Shown here in pieces: positions 24,755 to 26,156 of a stretch of DNA of 26,156 bases. Every line of letters starts with the position of its first letter. Within the stretch, counting starts at the first letter, position 1. The notes under the pieces were generated by a model. It ran no database searches, was not told the DNA's origin, and saw nothing but the letters and a program-made list of their open reading frames with translations. The position numbers and the translations under genes are program-made. Source of the stretch: Patescibacteria group bacterium (GTDB lineage: Bacteria; Patescibacteriota; UBA1384; CAILIB01); assembly GCA_018968785.1 (NCBI GenBank), contig JAGWZN010000001.1:1-26156 (forward strand). The letters run 5' to 3'.

Positions 24755-26156
24755 CTAACCTTCCCGGTCCAGTTTTTCCAGTTTATATTGGGTTGCCAGT
24801 TCGGCCGCCATACGGGTCAACTCGGGGTCCTCATCCTGATTAACAAACCGCATGGTACCGGCGATCACCGGATACACTTCTTTCAGCCGGTCGTACATCT
24901 GGTTACAGATGCGCCGATAGCCGGGATGACCCTGCGGACTGGTACGCAGCTCGAGGAAATGAAACAGTTCCCGGACATTGGCAATAAATCGGTACCGCAT
25001 CCGGTATCCGAGCAGTACGCCATACTGGGCCTGCGTGGTCTCACCTTTCTCCTGAAGGTAGGAGTACAGTTTCTCCGAAATCGCAAACGCTTCCCGAAAC
25101 TGCTCTTCAAAACCCGCTTCCTTCACTATCTCCGGCACCTCGTAACCGTAGGAAGGACCGATCGCCTGCCATTCGAAGCTGTCCAGCATCCGATGGCGCT
25201 GCAGATCGCGAAATGTTCCGTAATCAGCCGTAATCTCCCACTCGAAATGAGCCTTTTCAAACGCGCGTCCCGGCTTATGACGACGATTAAACCGTTCGCC
25301 GGTATACAGCCGAAGCGCGTCTTCTTTTTCTTTGACGCTCCACTTCTTAACCTGTTCTTTTATCTCATCCAAAGAAAGCGAACTGCTCTGGAAGAATATC
25401 TCCAGCACCAAATCAGTTTCGTTTTGCGGCCAGTATTCAAGCAGCTGCACCTCAGGATATGTCCCTTCTTCCGGCGACCGCAGCTTGCTGACCGCAAGTT
25501 CAGCAAGCTTTTGCCGGGTAGCCGCCCGGAAGGCGGTCATGGCGCCGCCCCTTGTTGGCAGATCAGCCCGTTCTAAAAAGGCCGGAATAACCTTGCGCGC
25601 TTCCGTCAGAATCGCTTGGCCGGTGGTTCGGGCTTCCGGCAACTCTTCGGATAGTAAATGAATAATCAGACTCTCCACCGCTTGGGCGCTCATATAAATA
25701 CCAACCGTGGCGGTGGTAGCGGCCGGTAGCATCGGCCGGGCCGCATCGCAAGCCTGAGCCCGGGTGGCGCCGATCCAGGCCTGCCGCTCCTTGGCATCGG
25801 TCGGCTCGGGAAACTTCTGCCGGACATGGGTGGTCAGACCGCGCACCACCTCCGAATACAGCTCAAACAGGCGATCCATATCCTTTACGTACCGCTTCTT
25901 CACCTCGGCCGGAAAATCCGGCAACCGATACCGGTACCGCCCATCTTGCCCTTTTTGATCAAAATAGATGTACCGGGTGGACTGCTCCAGATACGCGGCA
26001 ATTCGTCCCCATTCAAGCAGTTTGGTAAGAACGATTGACGCGTTTTCCACCACTAGATGCAGTCCGGTGAGCTGCTGAACCGAGTCGTCGCCATACGCGG
26101 TTACTACCCGCTTAATCAGGCCGCCCGCTCCCGCCTCGCCGGTTAAGGCGAACTCA
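24755..26156 (-). CDS. thyX: FAD-dependent thymidylate synthase-like protein with tandem ThyX domains (5' end outside the window)
   Basis: The frame stays open to the window edge (EFALTGEAGAGGLIKRVVTAYGDDSVQQLTGLHL before VVENAS); LEQSTRY in domain 1; FRDLQRHR and LELRTSPQGH in domain 2. Confidence 0.85.
   Translation of the reverse strand, partial: EFALTGEAGAGGLIKRVVTAYGDDSVQQLTGLHLVVENASIVLTKLLEWGRIAAYLEQSTRYIYFDQKGQDGRYRYRLPDFPAEVKKRYVKDMDRLFELYSEVVRGLTTHVRQKFPEPTDAKERQAWIGATRAQACDAARPMLPAATTATVGIYMSAQAVESLIIHLLSEELPEARTTGQAILTEARKVIPAFLERADLPTRGGAMTAFRAATRQKLAELAVSKLRSPEEGTYPEVQLLEYWPQNETDLVLEIFFQSSSLSLDEIKEQVKKWSVKEKEDALRLYTGERFNRRHKPGRAFEKAHFEWEITADYGTFRDLQRHRMLDSFEWQAIGPSYGYEVPEIVKEAGFEEQFREAFAISEKLYSYLQEKGETTQAQYGVLLGYRMRYRFIANVRELFHFLELRTSPQGHPGYRRICNQMYDRLKEVYPVIAGTMRFVNQDEDPELTRMAAELATQYKLEKLDREG

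Noticed and set aside
24788-25576. 262-aa + strand ORF
   Set aside because: Antisense shadow of thyX; long shadow ORFs are expected at this GC content.
1-26156. Alternative genetic code (TGA=Gly, as in Gracilibacteria/Absconditabacteria)
   Set aside because: Conserved genes are full length under code 11, and several end at TGA in ATGA overlaps (tktN, rpe, the GH gene).
1-26156. CRISPR array, tRNA/rRNA, IS, prophage or defence genes
   Set aside because: No spaced repeat array, tRNA signature, transposase, integrase or defence-type ORF was seen; intergenic gaps are mostly too short.
1-26156. Visually frequent CCGG/GCCGGC words
   Set aside because: Not quantified, and plausibly explained by Ala/Gly/Pro codon preference; needs a Markov-model test on the full genome.

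Overview
A 26 kb, very gene-dense bacterial window (standard code 11; TGA is used as a stop). No rRNA, tRNA, CRISPR array or mobile element was seen. The gene complement and packing suggest a streamlined Patescibacteria/CPR-like genome; this is an inference, not a database result. From start to end: a membrane-anchored glycoside-hydrolase-like TIM-barrel protein; GT4 plus a priming sugar transferase; a 66-aa basic microprotein; a pentose-phosphate/glycolysis operon (rpiB-rpe-gap-tktN-tktC-aldolase-like-pfkB-2-hydroxyacid dehydrogenase); an unannotated 49-aa acidic microprotein with its own promoter and terminator; a DUF5665-like/zwf/gnd/membrane proteins/DsbA/xseA/xseB run; dus/dedA/AI-2E transporter; sanA/six-hairpin glycosidase/trmH/dut/M29 aminopeptidase; a histidine phosphatase; and a partial tandem-domain ThyX. 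Most notable: (1) an intact class II fructose-bisphosphate-aldolase homologue that has lost most catalytic and metal-binding residues, sitting inside the sugar operon; (2) two independently transcribed microproteins flanking that operon; (3) a recurrent '-10 box, 6-8 nt, ATG' leaderless architecture at operon heads, including overlapping back-to-back -10 boxes.
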